Source: Thermoanaerobaculaceae bacterium (GTDB lineage: Bacteria; Acidobacteriota; Thermoanaerobaculia; Multivoradales; UBA5704). From it: a DNA stretch of 64,000 bases. The notes beneath the pieces were generated by a model that worked only from the letters and a program-made list of their open reading frames with translations, did not search any database and was not told the DNA's origin. The stretch lies in the NCBI GenBank assembly GCA_963712665.1, contig CAVQIV010000005.1, forward strand, positions 142,356-206,355, given 5' to 3'. Numbering within the stretch: the first letter of the stretch is position 1; the number at the start of each line of letters is the position of its first letter. The position numbers and the translations under genes were made by a program. Positions 1-7,516 of this stretch are shown here, in pieces.

Positions 1-361
1 CTAGGCAAGTGACGCATTTCGAGCCGGCAAGCGCTTGCTGAATTTCCTCGAGGCCGACCGCGTCAATAGTAAGCGGTTTTTCGCAGTAGCAATTCTTGCC
101 AGCCATGATAGCCCGACGAACTATCGCGGAGTGAGCGTGGTCCGGAACGCTGACCACGACGGCATCGAAGTCCTCAACCGCCGCAAACAGGCCATCGCAT
201 GAATCAAATCGCCGGGCCTCGGGATAGGTGGCCGCCGCGCGAGCGAGTGCGACCCGATCGATATCGCACAGCGCCGCGATCCTGCCTATCCTCGCTGCTG
301 CCCGAACATTGAACCAACCCTGGCCCCCGACACCTATACAAGCAATCCGAGAAGGATCCAA
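1..361 (-). CDS. Gfo/Idh/MocA-family NAD(P)-dependent oxidoreductase, N-terminal part (3' end runs off the window)
   Basis: Minus-strand translation reads LDPSRIACIGVGGQGWFNVRAAARIGRIAALCDID...VVVSVPDHAHSAIVRRAIMAGKNCYCEKPLT. This gives a GxGxxG Rossmann motif plus the EKP motif typical of the family. It is absent from the ORF track because the likely start is TTG (361-359) and the ORF is cut by the window edge. Confidence 0.6.
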   Translation of the reverse strand, partial: MDPSRIACIGVGGQGWFNVRAAARIGRIAALCDIDRVALARAAATYPEARRFDSCDGLFAAVEDFDAVVVSVPDHAHSAIVRRAIMAGKNCYCEKPLTIDAVGLEEIQQALAGSKCVTCL

Positions 362-386
362 GTCTGGCCTCTAAACTTCCAAGAAA

Positions 387-872
387 TCAACCATAAATCT
401 TCAAACCGGATGCGTCTGCCCCTGCTTGGATAGTGACCGTCCCCACGATGTGCCCGACCGATAGGCCGTTAGCGTAGAGCTTGGAGATGACACTTGCGGC
501 TCCGGAGGCGCTAGAATAGATCCCGGTACCACCCACGAATGTGACACCCACTCGGGCCACGATGAAGTCTTGTCCTGGAACGGGCGGATCCGTCTGACCG
601 AGAAGTGTGGCCTTGATCAGATCATGCGTAGCCACCGCCAGGAATCGTGCCGTCCCAGTGATCTTACCTACCGGATCAACCCTCCAATTGACCGTGTTCA
701 CTTCGAAGTCATTCTGCCTCGACGCAGTCGGCTTGACACCCAAATCCAGGAGATGAATGTTGGTGGTATCGACAGTAGCCGCCCTTTGAACCGATCCAAA
801 GACCTGATCGCCTTGTTCTTCGCCGAGCAGTTCGAATGGTCCCTTGTAGGTGTCATCTAGCTTGATATCCAT
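387..872 (-). CDS. hypothetical protein (161 aa), no recognisable motif
   Basis: Clean ORF in a lower-GC block, co-directional with and 160 bp downstream of the 686-aa orphan. A purine-rich stretch (caaaggagaaaacg) sits just upstream of the ATG. Confidence 0.5.
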   Translation of the reverse strand: MDIKLDDTYKGPFELLGEEQGDQVFGSVQRAATVDTTNIHLLDLGVKPTASRQNDFEVNTVNWRVDPVGKITGTARFLAVATHDLIKATLLGQTDPPVPGQDFIVARVGVTFVGGTGIYSSASGAASVISKLYANGLSVGHIVGTVTIQAGADASGLKIYG

Positions 873-1033
873 CGTTTTCTCCTTTGTTTGGAAGCGCCGA
901 CTAAACTCCGAGCCGCAGGCTCTACGGCGCCGTTTCGCTCACTTCAGCGTCCGAAAACCTTGAAGTCTGACAGCCATCTCCTTCCGCCTGGCAGCCGTGC
1001 ACTCACAACCAGGCCTCGCGGTCGTTCATCCTG

Positions 1034-3094
1034 CTAGTTCGAAGCCTCGCAAATTCCAGACACCCAAACGTCAAGGGACTCATCCACCGAGATCACCTGC
1101 AATTCGGCGCCTGAAGCGTGTTCGGTAATGGCACAATAACATGGGGTCGACCCCGTTTTCCCGCTAGCAGTACCGGCCTCGAATTCGATGAACCATAAGC
1201 GCGAGGCACCTAGCTGAGCCGACTCGATATTGCAGTCGGTCCCTTCAAAGCGTCTCTCACCAATCGTCAACTCCACCATCGTGCGTCCGGCGCCGCTCTG
1301 ATTCGTCTTGAGCGATGCTGACGTAGCGCGCTCTCCGCGGCGATGAAGCCGAGATACGAATGCGAGATTCAAAGAGCATTTCAGAAATGATGATGATTGA
1401 AGAGCTAAAATGTTTATGAAGGGCCTGAGAAGGGAGCCTTCACCGATCCTAGTCGTTCCTCGGCCAGGAAGAGGAAACGCATAGCCTGCGGGATACGGAA
1501 TATTTAGCTCTCCCTCTAGTCGAAACACTAAGTGGCCGACTTCCGTGGTCGCGAATTGCCCGCTGCATAAGTAGGCAAACGAATCTGTGGGCGTGCGTGG
1601 CTCCACGCTCAGAAGGGATCCCATCAGATTTTGGAACAGATACTTGCGCAAGACTAGCGGGTCGCAGACACCAGTTTTCAAGTTCACAACTCCGATCGAT
1701 GGTTTGTACGGATCGCTGCAAAGGCTCAGGTTTTCCTGAAGATATTGCACGCGCGGAAATCGTAAGATACCCTTAAGGCCAACAAGGCCCTCGCTAGTAC
1801 CCGGAGGCAAAAGGGTGAGCAGCTTCTTGAACTTTTGGCGAAACACCTGAGAAGGAGGATCAAGACGCAGCACAAACGGTATGTGCGATTCCACCACCGC
1901 CCCAAACTGCACTGCTATAGATCCAAACAGAGGGCTGTGCGCGAGAGCGCCTCCCCCCAGCTCTTTAGACTGCAAATCAAAGTCGTCTCCAAAATTTGTA
2001 TCGGTTGGCAGGCACCGCAATGTCACTGATCGATTCGCGAAGTCACCGAGGCCTCTGAGATGGGATGAAAATCGGACGAAACAAGCCATCTTTCGAGCGG
2101 TTCGAAACGGTGAAAGCGCGTCGGCTATTGCTACGCCCGCTCCGACGCGAAGGGCCGGAGCTTGCTCCACATGGGGACCGTGCGCGATCAGCAATAGGTA
2201 GGGATGAAGCGATGAGTTGGCAGCTCCAAATCGCATCCCGCACGGACCAATCGTCTCTGATGCAGGAAATGTCAGTGGGTGCAACTCGGAGCCCCTCCCC
2301 AGTGGTAGGAATTGCTCAGCTACTATGCCTAGTTCGAGCCGACTGCTCACAGGGTCGATCGTTAACCAACCGATGACGTGGCCGCCGTGGGGCAACCCGG
2401 GGAACAACAGTGGCGGAGCAACTAGCCCTGAGTTCTCCCGAAGGAGCTTTTCTATGGCGGAGTTTGCGAAGGTAACGTTGTAGTGAAAATCGCGAATCTT
2501 GCCGGACCGCAAATCTATGCGGCCACGGGATCGCGGGTGAGAGTCACGAACAATGTTACCAGCCACTTTTAGTGAATATCCATTTGGCGCCACGAGAACG
2601 CTGTCCCCACCCTGTAGACCATCCCCTTGTTCCAATTCAAAGTCCACCCAGTCACTAGTGCGGTTAAATAACCTAAGCGTCACAGTGCCCGCAAGGGAGG
2701 ACGCGGTTAACGCATATCCATCCAGGAGCGGAACGCCAGACCAACCGAAAGGAGGTAACCAGTCATCAAGCGACGATTCGTCTGGCACATCAACCACATT
2801 GATGCAGTCGCCGAAGTACGAGCGCGACGACACGACTTCGAAGGCGATGCTTGTCTCAAGCAGGAGCATAGCAACGTCGCGTTCATGGGGAGCGAGACCG
2901 CTGGGTGGCACTCCCGCGATTGGTTCGAGTCCCGACCGAACTCTCAGCGGATCAAAGAGCTTCCCTTGATAGAACGATTGAATTGGCGTTTCTACACCTG
3001 GCACATAATGCTCACTGCGCGAGCCCAGCATCTTGCGAATGACGCTGCGGGCGCGCGCCGTTGCGAAGTGCTTTATGTAGTGGACTTTTCGCAT
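1034..3094 (-). CDS. hypothetical protein (686 aa), orphan
   Basis: Longest uninterrupted ORF in the first 3 kb. Overlapping ORFs in other frames are short. GC is clearly lower than the window average. I recognised no catalytic or nucleotide-binding motif. Confidence 0.6.
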   Translation of the reverse strand: MRKVHYIKHFATARARSVIRKMLGSRSEHYVPGVETPIQSFYQGKLFDPLRVRSGLEPIAGVPPSGLAPHERDVAMLLLETSIAFEVVSSRSYFGDCINVVDVPDESSLDDWLPPFGWSGVPLLDGYALTASSLAGTVTLRLFNRTSDWVDFELEQGDGLQGGDSVLVAPNGYSLKVAGNIVRDSHPRSRGRIDLRSGKIRDFHYNVTFANSAIEKLLRENSGLVAPPLLFPGLPHGGHVIGWLTIDPVSSRLELGIVAEQFLPLGRGSELHPLTFPASETIGPCGMRFGAANSSLHPYLLLIAHGPHVEQAPALRVGAGVAIADALSPFRTARKMACFVRFSSHLRGLGDFANRSVTLRCLPTDTNFGDDFDLQSKELGGGALAHSPLFGSIAVQFGAVVESHIPFVLRLDPPSQVFRQKFKKLLTLLPPGTSEGLVGLKGILRFPRVQYLQENLSLCSDPYKPSIGVVNLKTGVCDPLVLRKYLFQNLMGSLLSVEPRTPTDSFAYLCSGQFATTEVGHLVFRLEGELNIPYPAGYAFPLPGRGTTRIGEGSLLRPFINILALQSSSFLKCSLNLAFVSRLHRRGERATSASLKTNQSGAGRTMVELTIGERRFEGTDCNIESAQLGASRLWFIEFEAGTASGKTGSTPCYCAITEHASGAELQVISVDESLDVWVSGICEASN

Positions 3095-3573
3095 CGACGT
3101 TCACGAACCTCAATGCCGCGGTGAGCCCATACCCCTCTCCGATCCAGTTTCGGAACGGCTTCCGCCCTGAACTTTATCGCCACACCACTTCCACCGACGA
3201 AGGCTCCAGAGGCAGTGTAGTCCGTGAGTGGTTGCGCCCATCCGACGCTCATTGTATCCATTTCGCATAGCGAGGTTCTGGGAGCAGTGAACATCCCGCT
3301 GGCGGGACTCGCGAGAGGACATCTCCGTGGTTGGCTCTTGTCATGGGGGTGTCGTTCTCCGGGCGCTGGCAGGGCGCCCTTCACTCATCGTGTGTCCTCA
3401 GTTTGCGCCGAGTGGCAACTCTTCGTCAAGCAGGCAGGCAGCGCGGCGATCATCAAGACGCCGGTGGCGTGTAGAGCCGATGTTACGGAAGGGCCTCGCC
3501 GTCTTCGAGGCGGTTCCTTCCTTCGATCGGGGATGGCGGCTCCTCGTTGTTCGTCATCCGCGATGGGACCTGA

Positions 3574-3972
3574 CGACCCACTCCAAAGGTTCTCGCGTCG
3601 CAAGCCCACGGCCCTGCTGCCTTCGCCCACGTTCAGCGGTCCACCTCGGTCCCCCCCGGCCCTCTGACGTCACAGGGCCTCACCAATCTGACCGCGCTCA
3701 CCCGCCTGATCGGCTACGTCCGCTTCTTCCACCCCAGCGACCAGGTCGCTGGGCTTGCCAACGCCGATTGGGATGCCCTGGCGATGGCTGGCGTCGAGCG
3801 GGTCGAGGCGGCCCGCGACCCGCGTGAGCTCGCCGCGGCTCTCTCCGACCCTCTCGCCGGGATCGCTCCGACCGTCCGAGTGCTGCCGTTGTCTCCGTCG
3901 GCCAGTTCGGCGGCCGAGCTTCCCCAGGACGCGGGCGACGGCGGCGTGGTCCGCTATCCCTCCAGTCGCTGA
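3574..3972 (+). pseudogene. fragment resembling an internal segment of S41-family (tail-specific-protease-like) peptidases
   Basis: The open frame has no start codon and reads ...QGLTNLTALTRLIGYVRFFHPSDQVAGLANADWDALAMAGVERVEAARDPRELAAALSDPLAGIAPTVRV... The L..L.GYVR(Y/F)FHPSD...W pattern is what I remember from S41 peptidases. It ends abruptly at an AT-rich junction (3973-4026). Confidence 0.35.
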
Positions 3973-4137
3973 AGTCCAAAATATTGTATTTTTCAATCTG
4001 CAACCCGTAGACTCTCAGGCCAGAATAAGGAGCCAGGGCATTCTTGAAGATCGCCGAAGCTGCCTCGGAGTTAAGGGGTTGGCAGCCGCAGGTGCCTGCC
4101 TTTTATCCCTGTAGACGACATCTCCTGCCCTGCCCGA

Positions 4138-4312
4138 GCACACCTTCCCCTCCACGAGCCTCGACTCGCGACGTTGGCCCTCGGGCGGGCGATGAGGCTG
4201 TCAAAGAGCGCTTGAGCGTCCTCTCTCCAGCCGCGAAGGTAGGGCTGGCGGAAAGCTGCCGCAGGGGAAGGGCGCGTCGCGGTCATCGCGGCGCAGCCTT
4301 TCGGACGCTTCC
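4138..4312. repeat. dispersed repeat R1, core copy a (partner at 13862-14035)
   Basis: gcacaccttcccctc...gggcgggcgatgaggctgtcaaagagcgcttgag...ggctggcggaaagctgccgcaggggaagggcgcgtcgcggtca...gcttcc aligns by eye with 13862-14035 with scattered mismatches. Weaker similarity extends left to the shared AAGGAGCCAGGGC motif (4027 / 13758). Confidence 0.7.
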
Positions 4313-4434
4313 TGGAAAGCGCTGACGAAGGCGGCATAGATTTCGTAGAAGGCTCTTCGCGCGGCCTTGGTGGCGGCGTGGACGCGGGGGGGCCGGCGAT
4401 CGGGCGAGAGAGGACGGGCGGTGTTGCGGGTCAC
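4201..4434 (-). pseudogene. C-terminal remnant of a transposase-like gene (tail resembles IS200/RAYT-type Y1 transposases, from memory)
   Basis: Translation ...RVHAATKAARRAFYEIYAAFVSAFQEASERLRRDDRDAPFPCGSFPPALP matches the C-terminal tail pattern (RVHA...AF...AAERLRAGDR.A.FP.GSFPPALPF) that I recall from such transposases. No N-terminal catalytic part is present. Confidence 0.35.
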
Positions 4435-4440
4435 GCGACG

Positions 4441-4554
4441 TCAGAACCAGAGGTGCCGGTCGAGAGCCGCCCGGATCTCGACCATGCAGTCTCGCGAAAG
4501 CTGCCCCAGACGCTCGCCGAGCCGTTCGCGAGAGACAGTCCGGATCTCTGAAGA
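4441..4554 (-). pseudogene. MazF/PemK-type toxin remnant (last ~37 codons only)
   Basis: Directly downstream of the RHH antitoxin gene the frame reads SSEIRTVSRERLGERLGQLSRDCMVEIRAALDRHLWF*. This is the characteristic C-terminal (Q)IRT(V/I)(D/S)..RL....G.L pattern of MazF/PemK. The ~70 N-terminal residues are missing. Confidence 0.4.
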
Positions 4555-4555
4555 C

Positions 4556-4777
4556 TCACAGTCCCTCGGCCTCGAAGCCAGCCCACTCCGGGTCGAGGGA
4601 GGGAGAGGCTGCTTCGGAACGGTATTCCTCCTCCATCTCACGAGCCAGCCGCTCCCGCTTGAGCCACAAAATCCTCTCCTGGATGGCATCGCTCGCGAAC
4701 TCGCTGAAGGAACGTTCTCCGGCGAGATCCTTGACCTCCGCGTAGATTTCGTCGGGCAGAGAGATCGTGGTGCGCAC
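4556..4777 (-). CDS. ribbon-helix-helix (CopG/MazE-like) antitoxin
   Basis: The 73-aa ORF starts MRTTISLPDEIYAEVKDLAGERSFSEFASDAIQERI, a typical RHH beta-strand plus helices. It lies upstream of the MazF-type remnant. Confidence 0.6.
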   Translation of the reverse strand: MRTTISLPDEIYAEVKDLAGERSFSEFASDAIQERILWLKRERLAREMEEEYRSEAASPSLDPEWAGFEAEGL

Positions 4778-4978
4778 GGTTCACCTCCAGATGCATCGAA
4801 AGACGATGCAGCCAAGTATGGCGCAGACGGATCTGAACTCCAAGCGGGATGTGCTGGCCGCCAGGGCCTCGTCAGAGCCGGCTCCCGGTTCGAAAGCTCG
4901 CATTGCAAGGCGAAGGCTCCCAGCTTCCGCCTCCACCAGGCACCGCCCAGGTTTGCCGATGCCATTTTCCCAGTCCCT

Positions 4979-5491
4979 TCACTCCACCGGCCGCGCTCCC
5001 AGTCCATAGAGAGCTTCGTAGAACGGCTTCCCCTCGCGGACGAGGTGGATGCGTTTTTCCAATCTCATGCGCCGCAGGACGTCCCCCGCAGTGCGGCTGT
5101 CGATGGGCCGGTGAATCCGGTCGGCGAAGCGCTTGTTGGCCTCCTCGGCGACGTCAGTCCCGCCGAAGGGCTCGCCGCCGAAGACCTGGCTCTCGACGAC
5201 GGCGCGGATCATCCGGCTGACCATCAGCCGGCCCCAACCGGACTCGATGTCGAGGGAAGTGGAAGAGGGAGACTCCGCCGCGGGCTGAGTGGCGAGGTCC
5301 ACCGCCGTCGCCGCCGCGGCCCGGAAGGTCTCCAGGTTTGCATTCACCTTCTCGAGCTCGGCTTCGTGCAGCTCCCGCTGCTCGCGGTGGTGCGCCTCCT
5401 TCTGGGCGTGGAAGGCCTGCTGCTCCCGATGCACTGCAGCCCGTGCCTCCAGCTTGGCCAGGACTCTTGCGACGGACATCTCGGAGCTCAT
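4979..5491 (-). CDS. hypothetical protein with coiled-coil N-terminus and possible winged-helix C-terminus
   Basis: The start is taken at the internal ATG (MSSEMSVARVLAKLEARAAVHREQQAF...). The upstream part of the 243-aa track ORF crosses low-complexity sequence. The iteron-like array lies immediately upstream of this start. Confidence 0.45.
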   Translation of the reverse strand: MSSEMSVARVLAKLEARAAVHREQQAFHAQKEAHHREQRELHEAELEKVNANLETFRAAAATAVDLATQPAAESPSSTSLDIESGWGRLMVSRMIRAVVESQVFGGEPFGGTDVAEEANKRFADRIHRPIDSRTAGDVLRRMRLEKRIHLVREGKPFYEALYGLGARPVE

Positions 5492-5545
5492 GATCTCTCT
5501 CCTCCCAGGGCCGTAATGCCCTCGCGACGCGGGATTCGGCCTTCC

Positions 5546-5985
5546 GTTTGCCGCGAATGGTGAACACTTTGCTGCGATTAACGCATAACTTGCGGTGAAT
5601 GACACTCCCAATGCGAGGATAACACGCCCTCCTCTGTTCTGGAGAGGACCCTTTGCGGCATTGCGTGCGCCCAATGCCACGTGGAGAGTGCGCATTGGCC
5701 GAATGGACACGCTCGGCGTGACGTTGGACGTGCTCTTTGCGGCGATTGACGAGCTTATTGCAACAAAAAAAGTCTATTTGCGGAGAAAGAAGTAGTTTTT
5801 GCCGCAAAGTTCGAATATATTGCCAGGATGGCAGGTCACATCGCGGTAAAAAATGGAGGCTGCGAGAGATCGAGAGGGGATTTTGCGGTGATAATAATGG
5901 ATTGCGCGGTGATGCGAGGACACAATGGCGCGAAGAGAGTGTCTTTTGCGGTAATGAGAGTGCATCGGGCGATAATGGGTACGTC
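5546..5985 (+). repeat. iteron-like array: about 10-12 same-orientation copies of TTGCGG(Y)GA(T/A)-type motif in an AT-enriched non-coding stretch
   Basis: Copies read by eye: tttgccgcgaatgg (5547), tttgctgcgattaac (5568), cttgcggtgaatgac (5589), tttgcggcattgcg (5652), tttgcggcgattgac (5737), tttgcggagaaag (5777), tttgccgcaaag (5799), tcgcggtaaaaaatgg (5840), tttgcggtgataataatgg (5882), tgcgcggtgatgcgagg (5902), tttgcggtaatgagag (5944), tcgggcgataatggg (5964). A-runs and tatat are interspersed. Confidence 0.55.
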
Positions 5986-6102
5986 CAATATCACGACGTG
6001 AGTTCTTATCGCCGCGACCTGGGCCGGCGGGACGCCATGAGATCGGTTCTCCCCAGAAGTGGCGTCAGGTCTAGGTACCGTTGTTTGGCTTCGCTCACGA
6101 TG

Positions 6103-6637
6103 GGGCGCCGCGGTTGGCTCCGTGGCGCCCGAGCGGCTTCGGGGAGCCGCCGGCCGGCCCCTACGGCACTGGCACCGCCGAGAACGCCGGACGCGTATTG
6201 GTCGTGGGATCGAATGCCCGGCCGGTGATCACGCCGAGGTCGTTGATGTCCTGGGCACTGGTGAGGGTGCCGGTGTAGCCGGGGGCGGCGAGGGTGTTGA
6301 GATCCTTCATCACGCCGTTCTGCCAGAGGAAGGCGCGGCAATTGTTGGCGGCATCGCAGGAGAGGCCCACCACCTGACGCCACTCGTTGATGCCGAGCGC
6401 CTCGCTGAAGGCGTCGCCCGGCAGGACGCCGAGGTCCTGGATGCCGCCCTGGCGGGTCCACAGGAAGGCGTGCAGCACAGGATTGTCCGGATCGTTGCCG
6501 GGCAGGCTGGCGAAGCCGGCGACGTCGCCCCGCTCGTTGAGGGCCATGGGCGTGTTCCACCAGCCGCCTCCCCAGCGGGTCGGGAGTGGAGGTCTGCGCG
6601 ATGCCGGAGATCCGGCCCGTGTTGCCCTTCACCGGCC
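6103..6637 (-). pseudogene. truncated, internally deleted paralog of the HAF-repeat protein gene at 19097-20260
   Basis: 6103-6574 aligns colinearly with 19039-19510 (offset 12936, scattered SNPs). 6575-6637 then continues with 19934-~19996, so ~420 bp are missing at a shared CCCAG. The 128-aa track ORF (6161-6547) is nearly identical to the C-terminus of the 387-aa protein. Confidence 0.8.
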
Positions 6638-6765
6638 GGCACCCGGCACCCGGGAGGTGCCAGGCACTTCTCGAGCTGGCGGCAAGTCGATTTGGGGGAG
6701 GCTGACTGCCTCGCGACGACTTCGTCGCCGTTGACCCTGCATAGGATTCGTGCGACGCTCTATGC

Positions 6766-6975
6766 ATGAGAACGACGATCGAGATCGACCGTGATCTCCT
6801 CGAAGAGGCAGTGCGGGTCACGGGCGCGGCCACTAAATCGGTCGCCGTCCGGCTTGGTCTGAAAGCGCTGGTGGACGAGGCGGCCCGCCGACGGTTGGCG
6901 GCGCTACACGGGAAGATACCCGAGGTCGAGGTCGCTTCACGGCGGCGGCTTCCGATCCGGGATGGCGAACAGTGA
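6766..6975 (+). CDS. vapB: type II antitoxin VapB (copy 1)
   Basis: The 69-aa ORF MRTTIEIDRDLLEEAVRVTGAATKSVAVRLGLKALV... has the typical VapB N-terminus. It overlaps the PIN toxin gene by 4 nt (GTGA). Confidence 0.85.
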   Translation: MRTTIEIDRDLLEEAVRVTGAATKSVAVRLGLKALVDEAARRRLAALHGKIPEVEVASRRRLPIRDGEQ

Positions 6976-7358
6976 TCCTGGTCGACACCTCTGTATGGGT
7001 CGACTTCTTTCGCGGTGCAGACCGCGCGGCGGATCTCGCCGAGCACCTCGAATCCAATCTGGTCTTGCTTCATCCCTGGGTTCTCGGGGAGCTCGTCCTG
7101 GGCGGTCTCGGCCCGCGACGGAAATCCGTGATCGCGGACCTGAAGCGGCTTCCGGTTCCGCCACTTGTTCCAGATGAAGAGGTGTTGGAGCTGATCCTGG
7201 CGCGCAGGCTCAGTGGACGGGGGATCGGCTGGGTCGACGCTCACCTGCTGGCATCTGCACTGGTGGCTGGCTGCGGGCTCTGGACGTTCGATGGGCACCT
7301 TGGAGCAGTAGCTCGAGATCTCGGCGTGGTCTCGGTACAAGGGCAGCCATTGCAGTAG
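6972..7358 (+). CDS. vapC: PIN-domain ribonuclease toxin VapC (copy 1)
   Basis: MILVDTSVWVDFFRG...HPWVLGEL...GIGWVDAHLLASAL...LWTFD carries the conserved acidic PIN residues (D5, E, D, D) in the usual order. Confidence 0.9.
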   Translation: MILVDTSVWVDFFRGADRAADLAEHLESNLVLLHPWVLGELVLGGLGPRRKSVIADLKRLPVPPLVPDEEVLELILARRLSGRGIGWVDAHLLASALVAGCGLWTFDGHLGAVARDLGVVSVQGQPLQ

Positions 7359-7516
7359 CGATGCCGGAACACCCGCCTTCTGCAGCCAAGGTGCCAGGCA
7401 CTTATTTCGGCCGGGCAACGTTTTCTTCGGTACGTCGGTGCGGCAGACAGGCCGTTCAGCCCTGGCGAGCCGTTCGGCCTTGTTCACCTGACCGCTCTCG
7501 GTACCTACCTTTGTGC

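Larger units (their letters stand above)
6655..7403 (+). repeat. vapBC cassette copy 1 including bracketing direct repeats AGGTGCCAGGCACTT (6655-6669 and 7389-7403)
   Basis: 6712-7409 is near-identical to 14146-14843 (I counted 7 mismatches by eye). The same 15-mer, containing the 11-bp palindrome GTGCCAGGCAC, occurs on both sides of the cassette. Confidence 0.85.

Noticed and set aside
3073-3384. 103-aa minus-strand ORF upstream of and overlapping the 686-aa gene (possible internal start MDTMSVGW...)
   Set aside because: It has no RBS or motif, sits at a composition transition zone and overlaps neighbouring ORFs. It cannot be supported from sequence alone.
3100-3570. High-GC stretch with several 100-166-aa ORFs in different frames
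   Set aside because: All products are Arg/Pro/Ser-rich low-complexity sequence and mutually overlapping. It is more likely a degraded remnant than coding DNA.
6006-7487. 493-aa minus-strand ORF spanning the HAF remnant and vapBC copy 1 (and its twin 13923-14972)
   Set aside because: It is antisense or out of frame to the well-supported vapB/vapC and HAF coding frames. Its composition is Arg/Pro/Ala-rich and low-complexity, as expected for off-frame ORFs in high-GC DNA.
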